Positions 40,801-49,404 of a stretch of 64,000 nt of DNA are shown one piece after another. Each line of letters begins with the position of its first letter. Within the stretch, counting starts at the first letter, position 1. The notes beneath the pieces are model-generated. The model ran no database searches. It was given only the letters and a program-made list of their open reading frames with translations, and was not told the DNA's origin. Position numbers and translations under genes: made by a program. The stretch is from Myxococcota bacterium (GTDB taxonomy: Bacteria > Myxococcota_A > Polyangia > Nannocystales > Nannocystaceae), in assembly GCA_039028615.1 (NCBI GenBank), contig JBCCHT010000031.1, positions 32,001 to 96,000 of the forward strand. Reading direction: 5' to 3'.

Positions 40801-41864
40801 ACGGCGACGAAGCGGGGTGGTGGTGTCGGAGCGCGGGCCGTGGGGATGCCCGAGAGGATGCGGTGGTCCGACAGCAGCACCTGCGACGACACGACACGCT
40901 GCTGCCCATTGGGTCCGGGAGTCACGAGGCCTACGATCTCGCCTTGGACGAGTACGGGGCTTCCAATGGGGATGGATTCGCGGCCCGACTTCCCAGAGCC
41001 GCGCTCGAACTCGAGGAAAGACCCCGTGGCGCTCGTAAGCAGCGTCCAGCGCGATCGCCTTGGGCCCGGCAACGTGGCGATTCGGGATTCCACGGGCTCG
41101 AGCCGTTGCGTCGCAAAAGGCGGGCGGTCGGCGTCGGTTCTCTCGGCCAGCACGAGCGTCGCGTAGCCGTAGCCGTCGTCGGTGAGTCCAACCGAGGCCC
41201 GAATGCTCGTACCGTCGGGAAACATCAAGGCGGTTTCCGTGAGGTCCTGGACCGCCGCGGCGGAGGTGAGTGCCAACTCCGGGCCGACGATGAACGCAAG
41301 TGCGTCCTGCCCCTGAAGTTCGACCACGAACTCGTACTTGGACGTTTCGAGCGATGGCGGGGCCGAGCCCTTCGTTGCGGCTCGCTGGGTGTTCTCGAAC
41401 AGTCCCCACTCCTCCAGCGAGTCGACCACTCCACCGTCTTCCTGACTGTCGACCCACTCCACCCAGCGGAGTATTCCGAACTCCCGAACTGTTGCGCGCA
41501 AGGATTCGAGGGCAGGTCCAAGCAAGATCGGAACGAGTCGATCCGAGCTGCTCGGTCTTCCCGACGAGTTCAGTGCGTCGAGGACTTCAAGAAGGGCGTG
41601 CGGGCGTTTGCCCGCTGGTGCATCAACCAGTACGAGAACCGTCTCGCTGGAGTCGAGATACTGGTGAACAATCCGAGGTTTGGCCCCCGGAACATAGTCG
41701 TCGATGAACGTGGACCTATCCCGAGAATGGAGTGCGCTCTGCAGCGCTTCCGCTCGCTCCCGTTGCTTGTATGGAAACAAGACATAGAAGTCGATGTCGA
41801 ACTTTAGCGTGGCGGGCTGCACGGGGCCTCGGTCGCGGGGCAGAGGACGGCGTCGCGGGGGCAC
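37854..41864 (-). CDS. KAP-family P-loop NTPase with N-terminal TIR-like, degenerate trypsin-like and SLOG-like domains
   Basis: KAP motifs: AIGLFGDWGAGKS, FNAWHY, two TM helices, IVLYIDDLDRC, DYLQKIFQIPFTLP, TPRVIKRFINIY. N-terminal domains recognised by pattern (see findings). Start 41864 or 41822. Confidence 0.88.
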   Translation of the reverse strand: MPPRRRPLPRDRGPVQPATLKFDIDFYVLFPYKQRERAEALQSALHSRDRSTFIDDYVPGAKPRIVHQYLDSSETVLVLVDAPAGKRPHALLEVLDALNSSGRPSSSDRLVPILLGPALESLRATVREFGILRWVEWVDSQEDGGVVDSLEEWGLFENTQRAATKGSAPPSLETSKYEFVVELQGQDALAFIVGPELALTSAAAVQDLTETALMFPDGTSIRASVGLTDDGYGYATLVLAERTDADRPPFATQRLEPVESRIATLPGPRRSRWTLLTSATGSFLEFERGSGKSGRESIPIGSPVLVQGEIVGLVTPGPNGQQRVVSSQVLLSDHRILSGIPTARAPTPPPRFVAVVGTTAADETTQQWAEAVGKALAETESPVGLILGGCAGADEFAAKAFVQHSIDNGRYPHIVIVHDGQTITPFLQRAPVVPQQSRDWRIDYADRAAAVVVLDAQPMDLLASETRRRLKPIIALPSSPEGPTADLFAEIGEQWHERPLPGVVKADYDALRPGDLEAHITVLRQVLDAVDGRRPSTDTSLWLTDTATGDDHLDRKAQAERFARGIASDQMKAPFAIGLFGDWGAGKSHFMGLVQEAIRAEEQKRTGADRLRVCQIEFNAWHYMDTTLWISLAGRIFEGLAESLNVGVNNDPAEIRRRLRAELRESKEERKKVEAEFKAAEKEFEDAGKEIERLEQARRDELNTLRGVLTNKKVWEAAAERLGLKRDFIEKGLKQLNLEEDQLGALLAAPEDAKRLREELNTTVGTTRSLVASLAPDSWGEWIIGFFLLGAVVGLPWLLEQEFDISAVGTVMSQFIVLFTAVVGKSRAGLKRVSSVVQYLDGIRKEGAELRNEILEELTDEQKSAIERYEKAEEKVAEAEIARDLFEQQLLEKKEQLEELRADRVVYDLLEEKTSEDSLYRQSEGVISLVRRDLSELKAALQGWRDDHPDESVDRIVLYIDDLDRCPADRVVEVLQAVHLLLAIDDLFVVVVGVDARWLSRSLEQGYEHLLEAPSDGEGAATAEDYLQKIFQIPFTLPRIEDEGFAELVEAHIKVPGELASPPADESERSNAGHGHETPEPEPEAEADETAPTGEETAPAEEQPEPEPEEETEAETEEQPEPEEPEPEPTRGVVSSTAFAAAGAHANSNARVDIDALVATPAPETRRAPTKLTRFVVDPWERRFMTTHLRPFLNTPRVIKRFINIYRLLRSEVADERYAAFRLDDRNGEHRAVAVLLAINVGFPRLGARFLQILAHAHLPKGPSPTTWAEAVALLDPTAASQSTDGDPLHGATLPRERERLLHLLQRLEPELPASIDPWCDWAAKVGRYSMFWSRG

Positions 41865-42130
41865 GACACCTCAGCCCTACCGTCTCACGTCCACTTCGAG
41901 CTGACCACCGGACTCGACCTCCGTCCCGACACCTCCCGTCGCCATCGAGCCACGACTGCCTTCCACCCAGCCGAAGCCTCCCGGCCGTCGAACCACCGTT
42001 CAGCCCCACCCACCGAACGCCGACCCCACAACCCAGCTCCGAACGTCAGTCCGCCGCACCCCACACCACGTCCCGCGTCCGGGCGGATCCACCCGCCGGA
42101 GGCCGCAGGGCCTTGTGGTATCACCGGGCG

Positions 42131-43822
42131 ATGCGTGGACGATGGCGCCTGGCGTGCGGGTTGGCTTTTGTTGCGGCGGTCGGTTGTGCCACGACCATGG
42201 ACAAGGCCGAGCAGGCGCATAAACGCAAGGCGTACGAGGAAGCGGAGCAGCTGTACCTCGAGGCGGCGAAGGACGAGGAATCCGCGGAGGCAGCCAAGGA
42301 AGGCCTGGCCACGTTGCACGCCGACATCGCAGCCGAGGCGGAAGCCGAAGACGCCGCCAAAGCGGAGGCGCAGTACCGCGAGGCGCTCGAGATCCAGCCC
42401 GGCCACGACGAAGCGCTCACCGGGCTGGTGCGATTGCTCCGCGCCCAAAAACGACTCGACGACGCGAGCAAAGCCATCGAGGAGGCATCGGCTTCGGGAC
42501 AATGCGGTGCCTCGTGCAACCGACTGGCGCTCATCGTGCTGCTCGAGCAGGGCGATCGAGCCGCAGCCGCCAACAAATGGGACGAGGCACTCGCGGCCTA
42601 CACGGCAGCCCAACAGATCCGCGAGCAGGTGACGGTCGCGGTCGCGATCGCAGCCACGTCGCTCACCGCGGGCAAGCTGCCCGAGACCGAAGCCGCGCTG
42701 ACCCAAGCCCACCCGTCGATGCTGAAGGCCGACGCCTCGAGCATCCAACGCTTCCTCAGCACCCATCGCGCGCTCGTGCACGCGATGTTGTCCGCCCAAG
42801 ACATCGAGGGCGCAGACCGGGTGCGAGTGATGCGACTCGCGGACGAGCCGGCCGAGCGCCAGACCGAGCTGGCCTTGCTGGTGGCCAAGGCGGTGCTCGA
42901 CGGTGGCGACCGCGTCGGTGCGCTGACCCGCTACGAGAACATCCTGGGCGGCAGCGGAGAGCAAGCCCCGACCGACGCGCAGCGACCCGCGATCGAGGAA
43001 AAGACCGCCTTCATCTACGCCGCGCTCGGAACCGAAGACCTGCACGCGGGTCGCCCCGAAGAAGCGGACCGTCGGTTTTCGCGGGCCATCGAGCTCCAAC
43101 CCGAGGATTGGTCGCTCAAGCTCCAGCGCATCCTGGCGTTGTCGGGCACCATCGGCGCCGAGCCGGCGTTGGCGAGCCTGTCCAAGGTCCCCGCCACCGC
43201 GGGGCTGGCCCACGCCAAGGCGATCTTGCTGGCGCTGCAGGTCCGCGAGCAGCTCGATCGAGGCGAACGCGAAGCCGCGGCCGAGACGCTCGAGAAGGCC
43301 AAGCGGGCGCACTCCGATCTCCCCGAGGTACGGCTGGCGGGCGCGATGATGCTGGCCCACACGCCATCGGACGAACTCAGCGGCGGCGAGCGTCGGGCGC
43401 TGCTCGGGCGACAGTCGCTGGTCACCTATCCGGGCGAGGTCTTTCGCTTCGGCGAGGCCCTGGCCGAGCTCGACTGGGTCCACGGGGCACTGAGCGAGCG
43501 CGACACCACCTATCCCTTCACCGCACCCTGGATGCCGACCTGGATGGCGGACCTCGAGGGCAAGCTGAAGACGGCCTATCCCATGCCCGTGGTCTTCCGC
43601 GAAGACCCAGAGCCGGTCATCGTGTTCCACAACAGCGGCGGGCCGATGATCGAGATTTCCGTGAAGGGGCCCGACGGGTTTCGCGAGGAGGTCGGGGTCG
43701 TGCCGGGCACGGACAAGTCGATCACCATCCCGGACTCAGGCCTGCTGCGGCTGAAGATCGGCCGCCAGTCGAAGGTGTTCTACGCCGAGGGCTACGCCCA
43801 GGTCACGCTGACCGTGCCGTGA
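42131..43822 (+). CDS. TPR-repeat lipoprotein
   Basis: Lipobox AAVGC, TPR-like helices (YREALEIQPGH, FSRAIELQPED) and a small beta-rich C-terminus. Confidence 0.8.
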   Translation: MRGRWRLACGLAFVAAVGCATTMDKAEQAHKRKAYEEAEQLYLEAAKDEESAEAAKEGLATLHADIAAEAEAEDAAKAEAQYREALEIQPGHDEALTGLVRLLRAQKRLDDASKAIEEASASGQCGASCNRLALIVLLEQGDRAAAANKWDEALAAYTAAQQIREQVTVAVAIAATSLTAGKLPETEAALTQAHPSMLKADASSIQRFLSTHRALVHAMLSAQDIEGADRVRVMRLADEPAERQTELALLVAKAVLDGGDRVGALTRYENILGGSGEQAPTDAQRPAIEEKTAFIYAALGTEDLHAGRPEEADRRFSRAIELQPEDWSLKLQRILALSGTIGAEPALASLSKVPATAGLAHAKAILLALQVREQLDRGEREAAAETLEKAKRAHSDLPEVRLAGAMMLAHTPSDELSGGERRALLGRQSLVTYPGEVFRFGEALAELDWVHGALSERDTTYPFTAPWMPTWMADLEGKLKTAYPMPVVFREDPEPVIVFHNSGGPMIEISVKGPDGFREEVGVVPGTDKSITIPDSGLLRLKIGRQSKVFYAEGYAQVTLTVP

Positions 43823-43859
43823 TGCACCGCCCCGAGCGAAGCGGTGCTACGATCGCTTC

Positions 43860-44171
43860 GTGAAGGCGGCACTGTTCACGAGCGGGCTCATCGTCGGACT
43901 CGTCGGGCTCTCCTGTGCCGAGCCCGAGGTCGACATGGGGGAGCCGTTGCCCGAGATCGGCGAGGCCTGCAACGAGCAGGGGGAGTGCGCGATGGATCTG
44001 CGCTGCATCCCCGTCAGCGGCACGACCAACGAGGCTTACTGTCGCCAGCCCTGCGAGACGGACACCATCATCCCGGGCAACCCGTGGGTGGTCGAGCCGA
44101 GCCCCGAGTGCCCCGATCCCGACGCGGCCTATTGCTTCAACGGCGGCTGCCAGCAGGCCATCGACGATTGA
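43860..44171 (+). CDS. Small Cys-rich lipoprotein
   Basis: Lipobox VGLSC followed by eight Cys; coding-like codon usage. Confidence 0.65.
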   Translation: MKAALFTSGLIVGLVGLSCAEPEVDMGEPLPEIGEACNEQGECAMDLRCIPVSGTTNEAYCRQPCETDTIIPGNPWVVEPSPECPDPDAAYCFNGGCQQAIDD

Positions 44172-44199
44172 ACGAGGCGAGTTCGCACCCGCCTCGTTC
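44170..44199. terminator. Hairpin between convergent genes (possible terminator)
   Basis: GAACGAGGCG...CGCCTCGTTC 10-bp perfect stem; no clear U-tract. Confidence 0.45.
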
Positions 44200-44214
44200 G
44201 GGCACCGCGAAGTA

Positions 44215-46143
44215 CTAGATGCCTTCGCAGATGATCCGCGTGTCGGGCAGCACGTCGAGGTGCTGAACCGCCAGGTCGGGCCGCGACACCCGGCTGAGCG
44301 CATTCAGGGCCGACGCAATGGCGCCCTCCTGCCACCCGGGCAACGAGGAAACCTGATCGCCGACGATGAAGAACACGGGATCGGAGAGATTGCCCTCGGC
44401 ATCGTGAACCCCCGAGCCCTGCGCGATGGTGTTGAAGTGCTCGACGGGGGAGTCGACCACGTGCCACTGCGCCCAGCCGCCCTTGATGTAGGCCATGTTC
44501 TGCCAGGCGATCGCGAGCCCGTCGGTGAGCCCATCGCCGAAGGCCTCACCGAAGCGCTTGGCGCCCTCGCGGGCCTTGTGGAGGCGGGTTCCGACGTCGA
44601 GCTTGCCCCACTCGTTGGCGACTTCGGAAAAGTTGTAGGCGCCCGTCAGCACGCCGAGTTTGCCGTGGTAGTCGCACGACGGGTACCAGATCTGCGCGAT
44701 CTCGTCGTCGGTCCACGAGATGCCGCCGAAGATCGGGACCACGCCGATTTCCGAGTCGGGCACGCCGAGCAGGTCTTCGCCGCTGCTGGAGTCGGGCTTG
44801 GCCACGATGGTCGAGCCTTGCCACGAGGTGCGGGCCGCTTGCCACCCGACCTTGGTGGTGTCGGCCAGAAACCGCGGCTGATAGTCGCTGCCTTCCTCGG
44901 GCGGCGGCGGGTTGAACTGCGCCTCGTAGACGGCACGCAGGCTGGCCTTGAAGGGGTCGGACAAGCCACTGCTTTCGCCTCCGCCCTGGAGGCGCTCGGA
45001 CAGAATGCGGCTGAGGAAGGGCATGGCCAGGTTGCAGAAGCAGTAGTCGGCCCGATACTCGACGAGCTCTTCGGTGCCCAGCTGCTGCACCTTCACCACG
45101 AACTCGCGCGCGTCGGGGTCCCAGTCGATGTGCTTGACCGGACTGTTGAGGTGAATCGTGCCGCCGAGGGCCGAGACCTTCTGGGCGAACGCATGCTGCA
45201 CGCGGTCCATGCCGCCCACGGGCTGGAACAGGGTGGGCTGCCAGAGGAAATCGACGGGCTGATAAAAGCGGGTGATTCTCCAAAACTCGGACTCGAGCAG
45301 CTCGTCGAAGGGCAGGGGCGAAGCGGTTTCGCCCGCGGCGACCCCCGGTAGCACGTCGTAGCCCGAGCGGGTCCGTCCGTTCTCGAGACCGGACTGCCCC
45401 GCGGTGGGCGAAAACTCGCCGTCCTCCGTCAGCTCACCGAACGAGACCATCAGCTCTTGCAGTTGCTCGGTGCGTTTTTCGAGCAGCGCCTTGCGTGCCT
45501 CGTCGTCGTCGGGCAGCGGTAGATCCGACTGCTCGAGCAAGGTCTCGGCATTGTTGAACACCAGCTCCGCGAGCCAGCCGCGGGTGTTGTGCTCGAGGCG
45601 GCGATACACGACCGGCTTCGACTCGAAGGGCCCGCCCTCCATCTGCACGAGGTTGGAGCCCGAGTTCATGACGTAGACCTCCACGTCCACGCCGAACTGC
45701 TCGAGGTACGAGAGCAACCGCTTGTGGCTGGAGGGGATGCGCCCGGGGCCCGCGTTGAGGTAGGGCTCGGCATCGCCTAGGGGCCGCTTGAAACGGACGA
45801 CCTGCGGCTCACCCGGCTTGGAGTCGAACAGCTCGCTGTCTGCGTCCTCGATCAACGTGTCACCCGTACGCAGGCTGAGGCAGCGCCCGCCCGTGCGATG
45901 CCGGGCTTCGAGCACGGTCACTTCCATACCGCTATCTTGTTCGAGTAGCTCGTACGCCGTGGTCAGGCCGCCGACGCCGGAGCCGATGACGATCGCTCGC
46001 TTGCCGTGGTGCTGCTTCGGCTTGAGCTTGACCGCGCCGGGAGTGACCGATGCTTGTTGAGCGGTCGCCTGACGGAGCGCAGCCCATGCGCGGGCCGAAG
46101 GATTCTTGCGAAGGAAGTTTGCTCGGCTCTGATGTTTCGCCAC
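44215..46143 (-). CDS. Flavin-dependent amine/L-amino-acid oxidase family protein
   Basis: IVIGSGVGGLTTAYEL FAD motif, LEAR.RTGGR, NAGPGRIP, FQPVGGMD, GDQ.S.LPGWQEGAI.SA. Confidence 0.9.
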   Translation of the reverse strand: MAKHQSRANFLRKNPSARAWAALRQATAQQASVTPGAVKLKPKQHHGKRAIVIGSGVGGLTTAYELLEQDSGMEVTVLEARHRTGGRCLSLRTGDTLIEDADSELFDSKPGEPQVVRFKRPLGDAEPYLNAGPGRIPSSHKRLLSYLEQFGVDVEVYVMNSGSNLVQMEGGPFESKPVVYRRLEHNTRGWLAELVFNNAETLLEQSDLPLPDDDEARKALLEKRTEQLQELMVSFGELTEDGEFSPTAGQSGLENGRTRSGYDVLPGVAAGETASPLPFDELLESEFWRITRFYQPVDFLWQPTLFQPVGGMDRVQHAFAQKVSALGGTIHLNSPVKHIDWDPDAREFVVKVQQLGTEELVEYRADYCFCNLAMPFLSRILSERLQGGGESSGLSDPFKASLRAVYEAQFNPPPPEEGSDYQPRFLADTTKVGWQAARTSWQGSTIVAKPDSSSGEDLLGVPDSEIGVVPIFGGISWTDDEIAQIWYPSCDYHGKLGVLTGAYNFSEVANEWGKLDVGTRLHKAREGAKRFGEAFGDGLTDGLAIAWQNMAYIKGGWAQWHVVDSPVEHFNTIAQGSGVHDAEGNLSDPVFFIVGDQVSSLPGWQEGAIASALNALSRVSRPDLAVQHLDVLPDTRIICEGI

Positions 46144-46297
46144 GGTGGAGGTCCTATCGATGCGAACGATAGTGCGTCGTCGCGATCGGTCGGAGTTCCA
46201 ATTCGGTGGTCGTCGAGCGTGCGCGAGAACGCGTTGGTCGGCCCGCGTTGGGCCGGGTAGGGACGAACGGACACGGGACACTTCGGGGGCGGACGCA

Positions 46298-46313
46298 TGG
46301 CACGAAGGGCGCA
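46298..46313 (+). promoter_or_regulatory. Possible sigma-54 promoter for the hybrid kinase
   Basis: TGGCACG-AAGG-GCGCA: perfect -24 element, GG-N10-GC spacing, imperfect -12. Confidence 0.35.
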
Positions 46314-46451
46314 AGCGCGGGTGTGTGGCCCGTGAACGGCGTACGTTCTCCGATCGTGCACGAGCCGCCGATCGATGGTTCCATCAACGGGCATGGTTCG
46401 CAGGCGGGTCCGGCTCGACGCCGATGGCTTCATGCCCGACAAGAGGGCCGG

Positions 46452-48995
46452 ATGACGCCCGATCAGAGCCAAGACTTCAAGGTCTTCGCCTGGCGCACGC
46501 TCGATAGCGTGATGCCGCTGGTGATGATCCCGGCGTTTGTCTTGGTGGTGCTCACCGCCGACAGTTGGATCCTGCCCGCGGTGTTGTCCGCCGGGTTCTT
46601 CGGCGCCAACGTGAGCCTGAGTGTGGTCATCACGGCCATGCTGAAGCAGAAGCGACGCCCCGCGCCGTTCCTGGTCGGTAGTGCGCACGCCGTGATCTCG
46701 CTGGGGTTTCTGCCGCTGCTCATCTGGTCGGGGAACCCGAGCTATCCGATCTGGATCGTCGCGCTGCCCACCCTGTTTGCGATCCCGTTCTTCTACGGCT
46801 CGGGGACCTCGCTGCTCTACGACGGGCTCATCATGGCCAGTTGTTTGGTGGCGGTGTACTTGCGCAGCGGTTGGGGGCAGCCGCTGGCCTACGCCGCGAT
46901 CACCATGACGTCGGCGATCACGCTGGCCTACCCGGTCTTCGTGGCGATGCGGCAGAAGTACAACTCGCTCGAGAAGGCCTCCCACGAGATCAACGAGGCC
47001 AATACCCGGCTCGAGGTGGCCCGCGAGGAGGCGGTCAGCGCTCGCGAGGCAGCCGAGGCGGGGAACGTGGCCAAGTCCGAGTTCCTCGCCAACATGAGCC
47101 ACGAAATCCGCACGCCGATGAACGCGGTGATCGGCATGACCGGCTTGTTGCTCGACACTCAGCTCAGCGACGAGCAGCGGGATTTCGCGGGGACCATTCG
47201 CGACAGCGGAGACGCCCTGCTGTCGATCATCAACGACATCCTCGACTACTCCAAGCTCGAGGCCAACCAGGTCCAGCTCGAAGATCAGCCCTACACCATT
47301 CGCGAGTGCCTCGAGTCTTCGCTCGATCTGGTGGCCGCCAAGGCAGCGTACAAGCACCTGGAGCTGGGCTACCTGATGGGCAAGCGGGTGCCGGGCGCAG
47401 TCCGGGGCGACGTCACTCGGGTCCGTCAGGTCATCACCAACTTGCTCAGCAACGCGGTCAAGTTCACCGAGCGCGGGGGCGTGTGCGTCACCGTCGAAGC
47501 AGCACCGGCCAAGTCGGCCGACGCCGACGACAACGACTGGTGCGAGCTTCAGATCAGCGTCCGCGACACGGGCATGGGCATCCCCGAGGATCGGCAGCAG
47601 GGGCTCTTCGATCCCTTCAGCCAGGTCGATGCGTCGACGACCCGTCGCTTCGGCGGTACGGGGCTCGGCCTGGCCATTTGTCGGCGGCTCGTGCAGTCCA
47701 TGGACGGGCGGATCTGGGTCGAGAGCGAGCCCGATCGCGGCTCGACCTTCCACTTCACCATTCGCACCAAGAAGGCCGGCTACGAGGTCCCGACCTTCTT
47801 GCAGCCCGACCAGCCGCATCTGCGGGGCAAGCACCTGCTCGTCGTCGACGACAACTCCATCAACCGCGAGATCCTGTGTCGCCGCGCGCTCAGCTGGGGC
47901 ATGAAGGTCACCGAGAGCTCGTCCGGGCCCGAGGCGGTCGACCTCATCGAGCAGGGCACGGGCCCCTTCGACATCGCGATCCTCGACATGCACATGCCGA
48001 CCATGGACGGGGTCGAGCTGGCCAAGAAGATCCGGCACTGGGACGAGCGGCTGCCCATGGTCATGCTGACCTCGCTGGCGTGGAAGCCCTCGGACCCCGA
48101 TCTGGCGCTCTTCGCCGCGTTCCTCACCAAGCCGATCAAGGCCTCGCCGCTCTACGACAAGCTCAGCGAGGCCCTGGCCGAGGCGGGCCGCGGCACCCGG
48201 CGTCGCCGCGACGAGTCCGCCTACGACCCCGAGCTCGGCCAGCGAGAGCCGCGTCGCATCTTGCTGGCCGAGGACCACGTCATCAACCAGCGGCTCGCGG
48301 TGGCCGTGCTCAAGCGCCTGGGCTACCGACCCGATGTCGTCAGCAATGGCTGGGAGGTGCTCGATGCCCTGCGGCGTCAGCCCTACGACATCGTGCTGAT
48401 GGACGTGCAGATGCCGGACATGGATGGGCTCGAGGCCACCGCTCGGATCCGGTCCGACTTCGCGCCCGATGTGCAGCCGCACATCGTGGCCGTCACCGCT
48501 CACGCCACCCGGCAGGATCGCGATCGCTGCCTGGCCGCGGGCATGGACGACCACCTGGGCAAGCCCTTCCAGCTCGAGGAACTGCTCGCCATCTTGAAGC
48601 GCAGCCCGGCTCGGCTCGGGGGAGCGAAGCCAGAGTCCGACGCGGCCGAGCCCTCCGTCGATCCCAAGGCCATCGAACAACTCCGCGCGCTGATGGGGGA
48701 CGAAGAGGGGGGCCTGGCGCCGCTGGTCGACGAGTTCCTGGCCGAGACCGCGGTCATCCTCGAGTGGGCCGACGAAGCGCTCGGCAGCGGCAAGGTGTCC
48801 GAGGCCGGCAGCGCGGCGCACAAGCTCATCGCCTCGGCTCGCAGCTTCGGCGCGGCCCCGCTGGCTCGGCTCGCGGTCCAGCTGCAAGAGGTTGCGGAGG
48901 CCGGAGAACACGACGACGCGGTGCGGCTGCTGACCGATACTCGGGAGGAGTTTCGGCGGGTCGAGGTCCGGCTGGCGGAGTACCAAGGGCCCTGA
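46452..48995 (+). CDS. Hybrid sensor histidine kinase (TM, HisKA, HATPase, 2x REC, Hpt)
   Basis: [31 protein letters not shown], two receiver domains (LDMHMP, MDVQMP) and Hpt AHKLIASA. Confidence 0.95.
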   Translation: MTPDQSQDFKVFAWRTLDSVMPLVMIPAFVLVVLTADSWILPAVLSAGFFGANVSLSVVITAMLKQKRRPAPFLVGSAHAVISLGFLPLLIWSGNPSYPIWIVALPTLFAIPFFYGSGTSLLYDGLIMASCLVAVYLRSGWGQPLAYAAITMTSAITLAYPVFVAMRQKYNSLEKASHEINEANTRLEVAREEAVSAREAAEAGNVAKSEFLANMSHEIRTPMNAVIGMTGLLLDTQLSDEQRDFAGTIRDSGDALLSIINDILDYSKLEANQVQLEDQPYTIRECLESSLDLVAAKAAYKHLELGYLMGKRVPGAVRGDVTRVRQVITNLLSNAVKFTERGGVCVTVEAAPAKSADADDNDWCELQISVRDTGMGIPEDRQQGLFDPFSQVDASTTRRFGGTGLGLAICRRLVQSMDGRIWVESEPDRGSTFHFTIRTKKAGYEVPTFLQPDQPHLRGKHLLVVDDNSINREILCRRALSWGMKVTESSSGPEAVDLIEQGTGPFDIAILDMHMPTMDGVELAKKIRHWDERLPMVMLTSLAWKPSDPDLALFAAFLTKPIKASPLYDKLSEALAEAGRGTRRRRDESAYDPELGQREPRRILLAEDHVINQRLAVAVLKRLGYRPDVVSNGWEVLDALRRQPYDIVLMDVQMPDMDGLEATARIRSDFAPDVQPHIVAVTAHATRQDRDRCLAAGMDDHLGKPFQLEELLAILKRSPARLGGAKPESDAAEPSVDPKAIEQLRALMGDEEGGLAPLVDEFLAETAVILEWADEALGSGKVSEAGSAAHKLIASARSFGAAPLARLAVQLQEVAEAGEHDDAVRLLTDTREEFRRVEVRLAEYQGP

Positions 48996-49117
48996 CGGCC
49001 GCCGCTTCGCCGGGCCGTGCCGCGTACCTACACGCCAAAAACCCGGTGAAGGGGCCGTGACGCGCGAAGTCTGCCGCGGGTTTGGCGGGGAGACCGGGGC
49101 CGTGGCATGCTCTATCC

Positions 49118-49384
49118 GTGGCAGCGATCATCGAGGACGAGAAGCGGGCGCAACGAAAGGCGCGAGCGATCGCGTCCGACATCTACCTTTACAACAAGGC
49201 GAAGATCGAAGAGGCGCTCCAAAAAGACAGCTTCTTCGAGGACATGTCGGAGTTCATCACCGAGGGGCGTGACCTGTTCCGCTCGAGCGTGTCGCCGGCC
49301 TTGTTCAAGAAGAACTTCTACGACCGAGCCATCGTCGATCGCGTGATCAAGCCGATGGCCGCCCTCAAGTCGTCGATCTGGTAG
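49118..49384 (+). CDS. romX: RomX-like polarity protein (MglA GEF subunit)
   Basis: ARAIASDIYLYN..KI..., EGR.LF.S.VS, NFYDRAI.D, KS.IW closely match recalled Myxococcus RomX; upstream of an RluA-family gene. Confidence 0.8.
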   Translation: MAAIIEDEKRAQRKARAIASDIYLYNKAKIEEALQKDSFFEDMSEFITEGRDLFRSSVSPALFKKNFYDRAIVDRVIKPMAALKSSIW

Positions 49385-49404
49385 GTCCCTCCGACGACGG
49401 TGCG

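Noticed and set aside
45963..48986. 1,007-aa minus-strand ORF
   Set aside because: Antisense shadow of the hybrid kinase.
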